From NCBI GenBank assembly GCA_016200345.1, contig JACQEX010000074.1, forward strand, positions 671 to 64,670: a stretch of 64,000 nucleotides of DNA, given 5' to 3'. Both the position numbers and the translations under genes were made by a program. This stretch comes from Nitrospinota bacterium (GTDB taxonomy: Bacteria > Nitrospinota_A > UBA7883 > JACRGQ01). Below, one piece after another: positions 48,822 to 59,006 of the stretch. Positions within the stretch are counted from its first letter, which is position 1, and each line of letters begins with the position of its first letter. The notes below the pieces were generated by a model. That model ran no database searches. It worked only from the letters and a program-made list of their open reading frames with translations, and was not told where the DNA came from.

Positions 48822-50132
48822 TCATTCCGTTTTCCCCAGCGGGATTGTAAAAGAGAAGGTGGCGCCTTTGCCAATCTCGCTCTCCACCCAAATTTTGCCG
48901 CCGTGTTTTTCGACCATCATCCGGCAAATCATAAGCCCCAGCCCGGTGCCCATGTGCTTTTTGGCGGCGTCGTCCCCCACCTGCACAAACCTTCCGAACA
49001 GTTTTTTCTGGTCGTCCTCCGAAATCCCCGGCCCGTTGTCCCGCACGCTGAAAAAATATTGGTCGTCCGTCAGGGTTTCCCTAATTTCTATCTCACCGTC
49101 GGCGTAGGAAAACTTTATTGCGTTGCCGATTAAGTTGTTGAACACCTGGAACATTTTGGAGGAGTCCAAAAGCCCCTCGCGCCTGGCGGCCCGGAAGTGT
49201 TTTATCTCCACCCGCTTGTTGTGCGCGTTGAACGCCATCGCCAAAATACTCTGCTCCAAAACGTCCCCCGGAGCCGAGTTTTGAAGGTTTAGCGACATCT
49301 CACCGGCGTTGGCCTTTGCAAGGGTCAGCATGTCGTCCACCAGCAAAAGGAGGTGCCCCGCCGAGTTCCCGATGGCGTCCACCATTTTTCTTTGGGCCTC
49401 GGTCATCTCGGTCTTCCCGGCGACAAAACGGCAGTAGCCGATTATCGTGGTCAGCGGGGAGCGAAGGTCGTGCGAGGCTATCGAGAGGAAATCATCCTTC
49501 ATCTTCAAAAGCTCGTTTAGTTTCTGGTTTGTCTCGCGCAACGTCGTTATCGTAACCCCTTTGTCAACGGCGAGGGCGAGGTGGGGGCGAATCGCCTCCA
49601 GCAGATGCATGCATACGTCGTAGTCTCCGCATAGGTGCTCGCGCGTGTAGACGTTTGGCCGGCGGGACGAAAAGAACAGGAAGCCGGCCGGTTTTCCGCC
49701 CAAGAAAAGCGGGATTGCCAGGCTGGAGCGAACCCCCTCGTGTAGCAACTGTTGGTTGTACGGAGTCACGCGCCCCTTTTCACGCACGTATTCCGCAAGG
49801 TCGTGTATGACCCTTCTTTTTCCGACTATCGTGTGTGAGTACTTTTCGACAATCTCCCCGGAGCCGGAAAGAACTGTCCCGAGTGTCGTATAACTAAGCT
49901 GGCAGGAGTATCCTTTGCCAAGCTCTATGGGAGCGTCGGATTTCACCTTGTGTTCGGTTATTTTGCCGTCGTCGGTGATTAGGGAAAGACCGATTCTGTC
50001 GTAGGGGATTATCTTCTTAAGCTCGGCAAAAATGGCGTCGAATATCTCGTCCATCGTCTTGCCGGTGTGGAGGACGGACAAAATCTCCATCGCCGTTTTG
50101 CTTATGCGCTCATTTTCCCCCGGTGTGTTCAT
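48822..50132 (-). CDS. GAF-domain sensor histidine kinase
   Basis: N-terminal GAF-like region, H-box FLSIASHDLRSPL, HATPase_c (…DNGPGI…GTGLGL…). Confidence 0.85.
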   Translation of the reverse strand: MNTPGENERISKTAMEILSVLHTGKTMDEIFDAIFAELKKIIPYDRIGLSLITDDGKITEHKVKSDAPIELGKGYSCQLSYTTLGTVLSGSGEIVEKYSHTIVGKRRVIHDLAEYVREKGRVTPYNQQLLHEGVRSSLAIPLFLGGKPAGFLFFSSRRPNVYTREHLCGDYDVCMHLLEAIRPHLALAVDKGVTITTLRETNQKLNELLKMKDDFLSIASHDLRSPLTTIIGYCRFVAGKTEMTEAQRKMVDAIGNSAGHLLLLVDDMLTLAKANAGEMSLNLQNSAPGDVLEQSILAMAFNAHNKRVEIKHFRAARREGLLDSSKMFQVFNNLIGNAIKFSYADGEIEIRETLTDDQYFFSVRDNGPGISEDDQKKLFGRFVQVGDDAAKKHMGTGLGLMICRMMVEKHGGKIWVESEIGKGATFSFTIPLGKTE

Positions 50133-50138
50133 TTTTTG

Positions 50139-52598
50139 TTAGAAGACGATGTTGAGGAGCCTGCCGGGGACGACGATAATTTTTTTCACCGTGCCGGAGC
50201 CGATGGCCTGGACAACCTTCTCCTGCACCAATGCGAGTTTTTTTATCTCCTCCTCCGGCGTGCCAACCGGCACCTCCAGTTTGGCGCGAACCTTTCCCAT
50301 GACCTGCACGACAATCGTCTGCACGTCGGAAACGGTGAACGCCTCGGAGTACTCCGGCCATTTCACCGTCGTAAGATACTCGCCGTATCCAAACTCCGAA
50401 TAAAGCTCCTGCGTCAGGAACGGCATGAACGGATGCAGAACCTTGAGGTAGTCTAGCAACGTCCCCTTTAGCTCCGCCTTGTCGTCGTCGTTCTTCGGCG
50501 CGTAGTCGGCGAGAAAATTCAGCAGTTCCATACCCGCGGCAATCGCCGTGTTAAAGTGCGTCCTGTCGCGCACGTCGAGCGTGAACCTTTTTATGGTGAC
50601 GTGGCGCATACGCCTTAGCTCCGCGTCCGGCGCGTCCCCGCCCCCCTTGAAGTCCCTTAGCTCCGGAATCCATTTGGCAAACAGCCTGTACACCCTCGTT
50701 ACAAACCTGTGCGAGCCTTCTATGCCGCTGTCGTCCCACTCCAAATCTCGCTCGGGCGGCGCGGCGAACAAGATAAACACCCGGGCCGTGTCGGCCCCGT
50801 ACCTACGCAAGATATCGTCGGGGTCAACCACGTTCCCCTTGGACTTGCTCATCTTCGCGCCGTCTTTAATCACCATCCCCTGCGTAAGGAGGTTGGAAAA
50901 AGGCTCGTCCGCCTTAAGCAGGCCAATGTCCCTACAGAATTTGTTGAAGAACCTGGCGTACAGAAGATGCAGAATTGCGTGCTCTATTCCGCCGATGTAT
51001 TTGTCCACCGGCATCCAGTAGTCAATCTCCTCCCTCAACGCCGGGGCCGATTCGCAACGCGGCGAGGTGTAGCGGTGGTAGTACCACGAGGAGCAGATGA
51101 AGGTGTCCATCGTGTCGGTCTCCCGCTTTGCGTCCGCGCCGCACCGGGGGCATTGTACGTTTAGGAACGACTCCAATTCCGGCAAAGGAGAGCGTCCCTC
51201 GCTTAGTAGGTTCGCGTCGGTCGGCAAAACGACCGGCAAATCCTTTTCCGGCACCGGCACGACCCCGCATTTGTGGCAGTGGATAACCGGTATAGGCGAA
51301 CCCCAGTATCGCTGGCGGGAGATTCCCCAGTCGCGCAGGCGGTAGACAGTGGAGCCCTCCCCCGCCCCGGCGGTTTTAAGAAACTCGTTTATTTTCGGGA
51401 CCGCCTCGCGGTTGTTCATTCCGGTGAAATTGCCGGACGAGACCAAAAGTCCGTCGCCGGAATACGCCGATTCCAACGGGGCCTTTTCGTCCTCCCCTTC
51501 CTGCAGGACGACCCGGCGGATTGGGAGATTGTATTTTTTTGCGAACGCGAAATCCCTCGTGTCGTGCGCCGGAACGCTCATGATTGCGCCGGTGCCGTAT
51601 TCCGCAAGGATGAAGTTCGCCGACCAGACCGGAATTTTTTCGCCGTTCATCGGGTTTACCGCGTAACGTCCGGTGAAGACGCCGAGTTTTTCCGCGTCCT
51701 CGGAGGTTCGGGCCAGCGTGTCCTGTTTTGCGACCGTCTTAAGAAATTCCGCCACCTTGGCCTCCTCCGTCCCGCCTGCGGAGAGCTTTTTCGTAAGCTC
51801 GTGCTCCGGGGCGAGGCAGACAAACATCGCGCCAAACAGTGTGTCCGGCCTTGTCGTAAACACCTCTATGGATTCGGACGCGCCGTCAACGGCAAATTTG
51901 ACCTTTGCGCCGACGCTTTTCCCAATCCAGTTTTTTTGCATGGTCAAAACCCTGTCGGGCCATTTTCCGGCTAGCAGTTCAAGGTCGGCCAAAAGCTCCT
52001 CGGCGTAGTCGGTGATTTTTAGGAACCAGCCGACCATCTCTTTTTGAACCACGTGGGTGTCGCACCGCCAGCAGGCGCCGTCCTCCACCTGTTCGTTTGC
52101 AAGCACGGTGTGGCACTTTCCGCACCAGTTGACGAAAGTTTTCTTTCGGTAGGCTATTCCCTTTTTCATGAATTGCAGGAAAAACCACTGGGTCCATTTG
52201 TAATATCCGGGGTGGCAGGTTGCTATCTCCCTGTCCCAGTCGTACCCCACGCCAAGGGCCTTTATCTGCTCGCGCATGGCTGATATGTTTTGCAGAGTCC
52301 ATTTGTGCGGGTGGGTTCCCCGTTCAATCGCGGCGTTTTCGGCGGGGAGCCCGAAGGCGTCCCACCCCATCGGGTGAAGTACGTTGTAGCCGTTCATGCG
52401 GTAAAAGCGCCCCAGCAGGTCGCCTATCGCGTAGTTTCGCACGTGCCCCATGTGTATGCGCCCGGAGGGGTACGGGAACATCTCCAACAGGTAGAATTTT
52501 TTCTTGTTTGGGTCGTGGACGGCTTTATCCGCCTTTTGCCCCGCCCAGATGTTTCGCCACTTGGCCTCGATTTCGGCAAACTCGTATTTTTGGTTCAT
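50139..52598 (-). CDS. leuS: leucine--tRNA ligase
   Basis: 819 aa with HMGHVRNYAIGD (HIGH) and KMSKS motifs (…VIKDGAKMSKSKGNVV…). Confidence 0.95.
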   Translation of the reverse strand: MNQKYEFAEIEAKWRNIWAGQKADKAVHDPNKKKFYLLEMFPYPSGRIHMGHVRNYAIGDLLGRFYRMNGYNVLHPMGWDAFGLPAENAAIERGTHPHKWTLQNISAMREQIKALGVGYDWDREIATCHPGYYKWTQWFFLQFMKKGIAYRKKTFVNWCGKCHTVLANEQVEDGACWRCDTHVVQKEMVGWFLKITDYAEELLADLELLAGKWPDRVLTMQKNWIGKSVGAKVKFAVDGASESIEVFTTRPDTLFGAMFVCLAPEHELTKKLSAGGTEEAKVAEFLKTVAKQDTLARTSEDAEKLGVFTGRYAVNPMNGEKIPVWSANFILAEYGTGAIMSVPAHDTRDFAFAKKYNLPIRRVVLQEGEDEKAPLESAYSGDGLLVSSGNFTGMNNREAVPKINEFLKTAGAGEGSTVYRLRDWGISRQRYWGSPIPVIHCHKCGVVPVPEKDLPVVLPTDANLLSEGRSPLPELESFLNVQCPRCGADAKRETDTMDTFICSSWYYHRYTSPRCESAPALREEIDYWMPVDKYIGGIEHAILHLLYARFFNKFCRDIGLLKADEPFSNLLTQGMVIKDGAKMSKSKGNVVDPDDILRRYGADTARVFILFAAPPERDLEWDDSGIEGSHRFVTRVYRLFAKWIPELRDFKGGGDAPDAELRRMRHVTIKRFTLDVRDRTHFNTAIAAGMELLNFLADYAPKNDDDKAELKGTLLDYLKVLHPFMPFLTQELYSEFGYGEYLTTVKWPEYSEAFTVSDVQTIVVQVMGKVRAKLEVPVGTPEEEIKKLALVQEKVVQAIGSGTVKKIIVVPGRLLNIVF

Positions 52599-52837
52599 CC
52601 GGCAATAATCTTGATCATTTCCATTTCTTTGCGAAGAACGGAGTTAATCACCTTGTTCAATCCGGCTTTTTTATTCGACGATTTTTTCATAAAAAATTCC
52701 TTGACCTCGTTGTCAATGTAAACCGGAATTTCCAATTTATCCGAAGGCCTATAAAACTTCCCCTGGACAGCCTTAGAAAAATCATATTGCTTTTTCATCA
52801 CGTTACCCGACCCTTTCAAAATATTGCTTTTCCTCAT
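52595..52837 (-). CDS. brnA: BrnA-type antitoxin (ribbon-helix-helix)
   Basis: MKKQYDFSKAVQGKFYRP…IPVYIDNEV matches the BrnA family. AT-rich islet. Confidence 0.7.
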   Translation of the reverse strand: MRKSNILKGSGNVMKKQYDFSKAVQGKFYRPSDKLEIPVYIDNEVKEFFMKKSSNKKAGLNKVINSVLRKEMEMIKIIAG

Positions 52838-52884
52838 ATTTCACCGCCTTCCTTGCCGAAATGATCCTAACTGACTCGGAATGC

Positions 52885-53103
52885 CTATATTTCATATGTA
52901 TGCACTACGACCAAAATATTTCCTGTAGATGCTCTTCCGATAGAAATCCACCTATCTTCGACGTCCGAATGTTCGTCATCATAAAAAGAAAGCACCCATT
53001 CATCCGCAAACACATGGCACGCTTCGGAGAACGCCACTTTGTGCTTCTTTTGATTTACTTTCTCCTTCTCTACATCCCATTCAAATAGCAATACAACCCT
53101 CAC
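52885..53103 (-). pseudogene. brnT: BrnT-type toxin (DUF497), apparently truncated
   Basis: …FEWDVEKEKVNQKKHKVAFSEA…DDEHSDVEDRWISIG…VVVHTYEI matches the BrnT N-terminal ~70 aa but stops about 20 aa early. 47-nt gap with two in-frame stops before brnA. Confidence 0.5.
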
Positions 53104-53155
53104 TTATCTTCGGGAAAACAATTTTCCCGATGTGTGCTAGTTTATAACGTACGTT

Positions 53156-53389
53156 ATGGACAATCAAAAGGAATTCCAAGCAAGGCGCGTTATTTTAAAA
53201 TGCGACCCGCCGCTGATAGCCGACGTCCACGCGATAGTCGAGTCCTACGACTATCTGGCGGTTGTGCGCACTTTGGAGCCGGACATGGGGATTGTGGAGC
53301 TTATCGCCACCCAGGACACGTTTGCGGAAACGCTGGAGCTTTGCAAGAACCTCGAAAAATCCATCGGCGCGGAAATCCTCCACCCGTAA
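53156..53389 (+). CDS. small hypothetical protein (DUF4911-like)
   Basis: 77 aa; YDYLAVVRTLEPDMGIVELIATQD pattern. Confidence 0.4.
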   Translation: MDNQKEFQARRVILKCDPPLIADVHAIVESYDYLAVVRTLEPDMGIVELIATQDTFAETLELCKNLEKSIGAEILHP

Positions 53390-53390
53390 C

Positions 53391-53420
53391 CCGGCAACCG
53401 GCGTTTTTTTCGCCGGTTTT
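53391..53420 (+). terminator. candidate intrinsic terminator
   Basis: GC hairpin (ccgg-caa-ccgg / aaccggcg…cgccggtt) with a T7 run, directly after the DUF4911 stop. Confidence 0.4.
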
Positions 53421-53516
53421 ATGCCGGGGAAGGGCCGCCGTTTGAATATGATTTTACAATCTGATATCCTTATGCAGGCGGATAGGATTCACCCTCTTTA
53501 TGGATAGGAGCAGTTA

Positions 53517-54158
53517 ATGATGCTAAAGAGATTGTTTGTTTTGGCTTTTCTTTTTTCATTCTCGTCTTTTCTAAACGGATGCGCCACGGACGAGGCCGGT
53601 GACAAAGCCCCTTCGCCTGCGGTGACAAGTCCCGAAAAAGCTAACGCCGACAAACAGAGCACGGAAAAACCGAGCGCCGAGAAACCTTCCGAAGCGGCGA
53701 AAAAAGACGCCGCCCCTTCTCCCGCCCCGGAGGTCGTGCAACCAAGCCCCACCGAGGTCTCCAAGCAGGAAACCGTTGAGCAGGCAAAACCGCTGGCGGC
53801 GCCGGCCGCCGCGTCCCAAGACTTCACCGGGGAGTTGGAAAAAGTTTATTTCGACTTCGACAAGTCGGACATCAAACCGGAGTTTCGAGAGATGCTTGCC
53901 AAGGACGCGGAAAAAATTAAGCAAAACCCCGGAACCATGGTCGTCATCGAGGGGCACTGCGACGAGCGCGGTACTGCGGAGTACAACCTGGCCCTGGGCG
54001 AAAGACGCGCCATGGCCGTAAAGAAATACCTTTCCTCGCTGGGGATACAAGAGGACGGCCTTTATACAATCTCCTTCGGAGAGGAAAAGCCGGCCGTGCC
54101 CGGGCATAACGAGGCGGCGTGGTCCAAAAACCGCCGCGTTCAGTTCAGCCGCGAATAG
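53517..54158 (+). CDS. pal: peptidoglycan-associated lipoprotein
   Basis: Lipobox LNGC; Ala/Pro/Glu-rich linker; C-terminal OmpA-like domain (VYFDFDKSDI…EGHCDERGTAEYNLALGERRA…). Followed by cpoB. Confidence 0.85.
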   Translation: MMLKRLFVLAFLFSFSSFLNGCATDEAGDKAPSPAVTSPEKANADKQSTEKPSAEKPSEAAKKDAAPSPAPEVVQPSPTEVSKQETVEQAKPLAAPAAASQDFTGELEKVYFDFDKSDIKPEFREMLAKDAEKIKQNPGTMVVIEGHCDERGTAEYNLALGERRAMAVKKYLSSLGIQEDGLYTISFGEEKPAVPGHNEAAWSKNRRVQFSRE

Positions 54159-54182
54159 TCAAGTGCGGTTTTTTTTACGAAT

Positions 54183-55217
54183 ATGAGAGTCCTTCCGATT
54201 TTCCTGCTTACCGCCCTACTTGCGGCCTCCTGCGCGACCCGCGACGACGTCGGGCAGTTGGAGACGCGGATTCGCGGCTTGGAGCAGGAAAGCTCCAAAT
54301 CAAGGGCCGAGCTACTCACTTCCTCCAACGACATAAAGAAGAACCAGTTGGAAATTCAGTCCGCGCTCGCGGCCATACGCGACGAATCGTCCAGAATAAT
54401 GTCCGAGCTTGATAAAAAGCAAAAGAGACTCGACGAAAACCTGACGGTAGCGTTGAAAAACCAGGCCGACAGCCGGGGAGACCACGACATAATCACCTCA
54501 AGGCTTAACGCGGCCATCGGAAGCCTTGACGAGACGATTCATCGGCTTAAAATGATGGAGGAAAAGGAAAGGCACCTGGACGAATCCCTGCGAGACGCCC
54601 GCAACGACATGATGGAATCTTTTCTAAGCCTTAACCAAAAGCTTGAGACCGGTCGCCCGGCCCAGTCGGACGAGCCGGCAAAAAAAATCGAACCCAAGAA
54701 AAAGAACGAGCCCGCCGCGGACCAGGACAAGGTGAAGGAGGACGACAATTCCTCCCCCCCGCCCCCGGTAAAAACGAAGCCCGAAAAGGCCGCGCCCAAA
54801 AAGGGGAAGTCCACAAAGAAGGAGGCGTCCCCCGACCTGTTGTACAACTCGGCTTACGACGAATTCATGAAAGGTGACTTTCCCAAGGCGTTGGCAAAGT
54901 TTTCGGAGTACGTAAAACGGTATCCGAACACGGACTTAAGCTATAACTCCCAATTTTGGATTGGCGAGTCCTTCGCCAGCCTGGGCAAGACAAAAGAGGC
55001 CGTGGACGCCTTTAACCTAACCGCGGCAAACTATCCCCGCTCCACCAAGGCGCCCACCGCGCTTTGGCGGGCGGGGGAGCTTTTGGGTAAAAACGGGGCC
55101 GAAGAAGAAATGCGAGCAATTTTGCGAAAATTGCGCGATAATTATCCGGCCTCAAACGAGGCCATGATGGCGGACGAGAAACTTAAATCGCTTGGCGAAA
55201 ACGGAAAACAGGAGTAA
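54183..55217 (+). CDS. cpoB: cell-division coordinator CpoB (YbgF), coiled coil plus TPR
   Basis: Signal peptide; long coiled-coil region; C-terminal TPR (…YNSAYDEFMKGDFPKALAKFSEYVKRYPNT…). Gene order pal-cpoB. Confidence 0.75.
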   Translation: MRVLPIFLLTALLAASCATRDDVGQLETRIRGLEQESSKSRAELLTSSNDIKKNQLEIQSALAAIRDESSRIMSELDKKQKRLDENLTVALKNQADSRGDHDIITSRLNAAIGSLDETIHRLKMMEEKERHLDESLRDARNDMMESFLSLNQKLETGRPAQSDEPAKKIEPKKKNEPAADQDKVKEDDNSSPPPPVKTKPEKAAPKKGKSTKKEASPDLLYNSAYDEFMKGDFPKALAKFSEYVKRYPNTDLSYNSQFWIGESFASLGKTKEAVDAFNLTAANYPRSTKAPTALWRAGELLGKNGAEEEMRAILRKLRDNYPASNEAMMADEKLKSLGENGKQE

Positions 55218-55221
55218 AGGA

Positions 55222-57144
55222 ATGCTTCAGATATTAAGAGACAGGACCCGCGGGGTTTTCATAAGAATTGTTCTATGGTCGTTGGTGGCGGCGTTTGTCG
55301 GCACCATCTTCCTAGTGTGGGGCTTGGGCGACAACAACAAGCGCGAGAAGCCCGTCGCAAAGGTCGCCGGGATACCGATAACGTCCCAGGAGTACAGAAG
55401 GTATTACGACTCGGTTTTGAGAAACCTTCGAGAAATGCTCGGAGGCCAGGATTTCTCCGCCGAGATGATAAAACAGTTCAACGTCGAGAAATCGGCCATG
55501 GACTCCGTCATAATGGAAAAACTCCAATATATCGCGGCGCAGGACGCAGGGATATCCGTCACGGACGACGAGTTGAAGGACTACATAGAAAACAACAAGG
55601 ACTTCCAGAAAGACGGAAGGTTCGACAAGGCGCTTTTCGACGCCATTTTGCGGTCAAACGGGCTTTCGCCAAGGGCGTTTGAAAGGATGATGCGCAAGGA
55701 GCTAACGATTAAAAAAATCATCAAGACGGTTTCGGATTCCGTTACGGTGACGGACTTGGAGATAAGGGACGCGTTCGTTTCGGGCAACGAGCAGGTAAAA
55801 TTGGGCTACTTTGCCATAACCCCGGAGTCGTTCAAATCGAAGGTGCGCCCAGACGACAAAACGCTGGAGGAATATCTTAAGAAATCACCGGCCCGTTTCA
55901 CCGTGCCGGAGGAGAGAAGGGTTGAGCGAGTCTCGGCCAACCCGGCCGACTTGAAGGCCGGCCTGTCCGTGAGCCACGAGGCCATTGAATCCTACTACGA
56001 TTCGCACCAGAAGGAATACATCCGCACCGACGAGGAGGTTCGCGCGAGGCACATCCTAATTTTGTCGGACGAAAAGGCGACACCGAAGGACGAGGCGGCC
56101 GCCAAGCAAAAGGCGCTGTCAATCCTTGAAAGACTAAAAAACGGGGCTGATTTCGCTGAATTGGCGAAGAAATACTCCGGCGACCCCGGCAACGCCAAAA
56201 ACGGCGGTGATTTGGGCTTCTTCCCGCAGGGAAGGATGGTTCCGGCGTTTGAAAAAGTCGCCTTCGAGCTTCCGGTGGGCAAAATAAGCGAGCTGGTAAA
56301 AACCAGCTACGGGTTCCACATAATAAAGGTCGAGGACAAACGTCCCGCCGGGCCGATGAAATACGAGGAGGCGGCGGAGATAATAAAGGGAAAACTGCTT
56401 GACGAAAAAAGCCGCCTTGAGGCGCAGAGAATTCTTTCGGCCTTAAGCGCCGACAAATCCGGCAAACCGTTGTCGGAACTTGCGAAGGAGAACAAACTCT
56501 CCTACGGAATTTCAAACACCAAGGCAGGAGCGTTGGTGGAGAAGCTTTCCGGCACCGAGCCGATGGTAAGGCGCGTTTTCGAGATGAAGAAAGGCGATTC
56601 GGCAGGCCCGCTTGAGGCGAACGGCTCGTTCCACATCATCCATCTTTTGGACGTCATTCCTCCGCACCAGCCGCAACTTGCGGAGGCTAGAAAAGACCTG
56701 GAGGACGCCTACATACACGAGCAGTCCGAAAAACTTGCCGCCGACTCGGCGGAACAGACGGTGAAGAAGCTTCAGGGCGGGGATACGATGAAAAACGCAT
56801 CCAAGGAATTCAAGGCCGAGGCCAAGGAAACCGCGCTTTTGAAGTCAAACGACGGCGTGGAGGGAATCCAAGAGGGGAACCGGCTGGTCAAGGCCGCGTT
56901 CGCGCTTAAGTCCGGCGGTTACGACAAGGTCAACATCAACAACACCTGGTACGTCGTGTCGCTTGTGGAGAAAAAGCCGGCGAACATGGCGGAACTCGAC
57001 AAACAAAAACAGCAGGTGCGGGCCTCTCTTTTCGTTCAAAAGGGCAGAGACGCCGTCAAGGCCTGGCAGAACACGCTAAGGGACGAGGCCGACAGAAAGG
57101 GTCTCATCAAGATAGAGAAGACCGGGGAGCACGTCTCCTCGTAG
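55222..57144 (+). CDS. ppiD: periplasmic chaperone/peptidyl-prolyl isomerase PpiD
   Basis: N-terminal TM anchor (MLQILRDRTRGVFIRIVLWSLVAAFVG). Parvulin domain (…RARHILI…GGDLGFFPQGRMVPAFE…). Listed ORF starts at 55192; the ATG at 55222 has a GGAG RBS. Confidence 0.8.
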   Translation: MLQILRDRTRGVFIRIVLWSLVAAFVGTIFLVWGLGDNNKREKPVAKVAGIPITSQEYRRYYDSVLRNLREMLGGQDFSAEMIKQFNVEKSAMDSVIMEKLQYIAAQDAGISVTDDELKDYIENNKDFQKDGRFDKALFDAILRSNGLSPRAFERMMRKELTIKKIIKTVSDSVTVTDLEIRDAFVSGNEQVKLGYFAITPESFKSKVRPDDKTLEEYLKKSPARFTVPEERRVERVSANPADLKAGLSVSHEAIESYYDSHQKEYIRTDEEVRARHILILSDEKATPKDEAAAKQKALSILERLKNGADFAELAKKYSGDPGNAKNGGDLGFFPQGRMVPAFEKVAFELPVGKISELVKTSYGFHIIKVEDKRPAGPMKYEEAAEIIKGKLLDEKSRLEAQRILSALSADKSGKPLSELAKENKLSYGISNTKAGALVEKLSGTEPMVRRVFEMKKGDSAGPLEANGSFHIIHLLDVIPPHQPQLAEARKDLEDAYIHEQSEKLAADSAEQTVKKLQGGDTMKNASKEFKAEAKETALLKSNDGVEGIQEGNRLVKAAFALKSGGYDKVNINNTWYVVSLVEKKPANMAELDKQKQQVRASLFVQKGRDAVKAWQNTLRDEADRKGLIKIEKTGEHVSS

Positions 57145-57151
57145 CGTTTGG

Positions 57152-57793
57152 ATGAAAATAGAAACCCTGTGCGTCGGCCCGATAGACGTAAACTGTAGCG
57201 TGGTTTATTGCGAGGAGCACAAGTCCGCCATCATCGTGGATCCGGGCGACAGCTCGGCGCGCATAATAAAATTCGTCGAGGACAACGGCCTTAAACCCGG
57301 CATGGTCGTTGTCACCCACTGCCATGCGGACCACACGGGGGCGGTGGCAAAAATCGTGGAGCATTTTGGGGTGCCGTTTCTTTGCCACGTCGGGGACGAG
57401 TGGATGATTGACAATCCCGAGCAGAGGGAGATGTCGAAATACCTCGGCCTGAAACCGCCGCCAAAAAACGACTCCACCGTTGCCGACGGCGAAGTTTTGG
57501 ACATATGCGAGGATTTTTCGTTGAAGGTCATTCACACGCCCGGGCACACTCCCGGCGGCATCTGCCTTTTGGGAAACGGGATCCTATTGGCCGGGGACAC
57601 CCTCTTCAAAACCTCCATCGGGAGGTCCGACCTGACCGGGGGCAACCACGACGCTCTGATTAAGTCCATCAGGGAACGCCTGTTCGTCCTGCCGGACGAA
57701 ACCGTAGTTTGTCCCGGACACGGGGACGCGACGACCATCGGATATGAAAAGGCGCACAACCCTTTCCTGAGGCAGACCGAAGGTTACAGCTGA
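57152..57793 (+). CDS. MBL-fold metallo-hydrolase (glyoxalase II-like)
   Basis: THCHADHTG metal-binding motif; ~210 aa. Confidence 0.8.
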   Translation: MKIETLCVGPIDVNCSVVYCEEHKSAIIVDPGDSSARIIKFVEDNGLKPGMVVVTHCHADHTGAVAKIVEHFGVPFLCHVGDEWMIDNPEQREMSKYLGLKPPPKNDSTVADGEVLDICEDFSLKVIHTPGHTPGGICLLGNGILLAGDTLFKTSIGRSDLTGGNHDALIKSIRERLFVLPDETVVCPGHGDATTIGYEKAHNPFLRQTEGYS

Positions 57794-58680
57794 TGAACGA
57801 ACTGTTGGACGATTGGTTGTCCCACCTTGCCGTGGAAAAAAACCTTTCGGAAAACACGATATCCGCCTATCACCGCGACGTGGCGGAATTTCTTAAATAT
57901 TTCAAGGCTGAAACGGACGAAACGCTCGCAAAAGTGCGGTCCGGCGACATGGTGCAATACTTTCGGTCTTTGATGACAAAAAAAATCTCCGCCCGTTCGA
58001 GGGCGAGAAAACTTTCGGCAATCCGAATGTTTTTCCGGCACCGCGTGGCGGAAAAAAAATGCGAGGCCAGCCCCGTTGAGACCATGGAGGCCCCCTCGTC
58101 GGCGAAGTACCTCCCGCGAACCGTCAACACGGAGCAGGTGAATTTGCTTTTAAACGCGCCGGACGGGACGACGGACGACGGCGCGAGGGATTCCGCGATG
58201 CTGGAGCTACTCTACTCCACCGGTCTGCGCGTGTCGGAGCTTGTCGGGATAAAAACGTCGGACATAAACTTCACCGCCGGATACCTCGTGACAATGGGGA
58301 AAGGCGCCAAGGAACGGCTGATACCGGTCGGCGAACGCGCGATTGAAAAGATTAACAAGTATCTCGCGCTCAGGCCGTCCGTGTTGAAAAAGTGGGAAAA
58401 TCCGAGGGAGTTGTTTCTGACCCGCCTCGGAAAACCGATGACGCGCCAGATGTTCTGGCAGTTGGTTAAAAAGTACGTTTTAAAGGCCGGGCTTAACCCC
58501 GACATATCCCCCCACTCGCTCCGGCATTCCTTCGCGACGCACCTTCTTGAAAACGGGGCCGACCTGCGGGCGGTGCAGATGATGCTCGGGCACTCCAGCG
58601 TCACCACAACCCAGATATACACCCACATAAACCGGACGCGACTGGCCGAAGTTCACGCGCGAACGCACCCAAGGGGCTGA
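57793..58680 (+). CDS. xerD: tyrosine site-specific recombinase XerD
   Basis: N-terminal SAM-like domain (…LSENTISAYHRDVAEF…). Catalytic R…HSLRHSFATHLL…LGHSSVTTTQIYTH with the terminal Tyr. Confidence 0.85.
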   Translation: MNELLDDWLSHLAVEKNLSENTISAYHRDVAEFLKYFKAETDETLAKVRSGDMVQYFRSLMTKKISARSRARKLSAIRMFFRHRVAEKKCEASPVETMEAPSSAKYLPRTVNTEQVNLLLNAPDGTTDDGARDSAMLELLYSTGLRVSELVGIKTSDINFTAGYLVTMGKGAKERLIPVGERAIEKINKYLALRPSVLKKWENPRELFLTRLGKPMTRQMFWQLVKKYVLKAGLNPDISPHSLRHSFATHLLENGADLRAVQMMLGHSSVTTTQIYTHINRTRLAEVHARTHPRG

Positions 58681-58684
58681 AGGC

Positions 58685-58999
58685 TTGGAGACACAAACGC
58701 TGGTTATAGCCGCCGTCTTTTTTTTGGTCGCCATTATTCTGGTTGCCGTCCTGCTCTACCACTTTTGGGGCGACGAGAAGCCCGCCCGAAAAAAATCGCC
58801 CATAGAAACAAAAGGGGTTGAAAAGCCAAAACCGGCGCCAGCGGTGCCGTCGGCGATAAAAACTTCCGCCAAGCCAATTTTTGAACTCCCCGACTTCATC
58901 CCAAAAAACTTGGAGACAATAAAAATGCTGGCCGAGGAGCGACCGGAAATCGTCGTTCAGGTGGCGAGGAAGTGGTTACGCGAGGGGCGGGGGAAATAA
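58685..58999 (+). CDS. small hypothetical membrane protein
   Basis: One TM helix followed by a Lys/Pro-rich region. No family recognised. Confidence 0.35.
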   Translation: METQTLVIAAVFFLVAIILVAVLLYHFWGDEKPARKKSPIETKGVEKPKPAPAVPSAIKTSAKPIFELPDFIPKNLETIKMLAEERPEIVVQVARKWLREGRGK

Positions 59000-59006
59000 C
59001 ATGGGA

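Noticed and set aside
54145-54180. Intrinsic terminator between pal and cpoB (ccgc…gcgg followed by T8)
   Set aside because: The stem is only 4 bp, and pal-cpoB are normally co-transcribed. Too weak to call.
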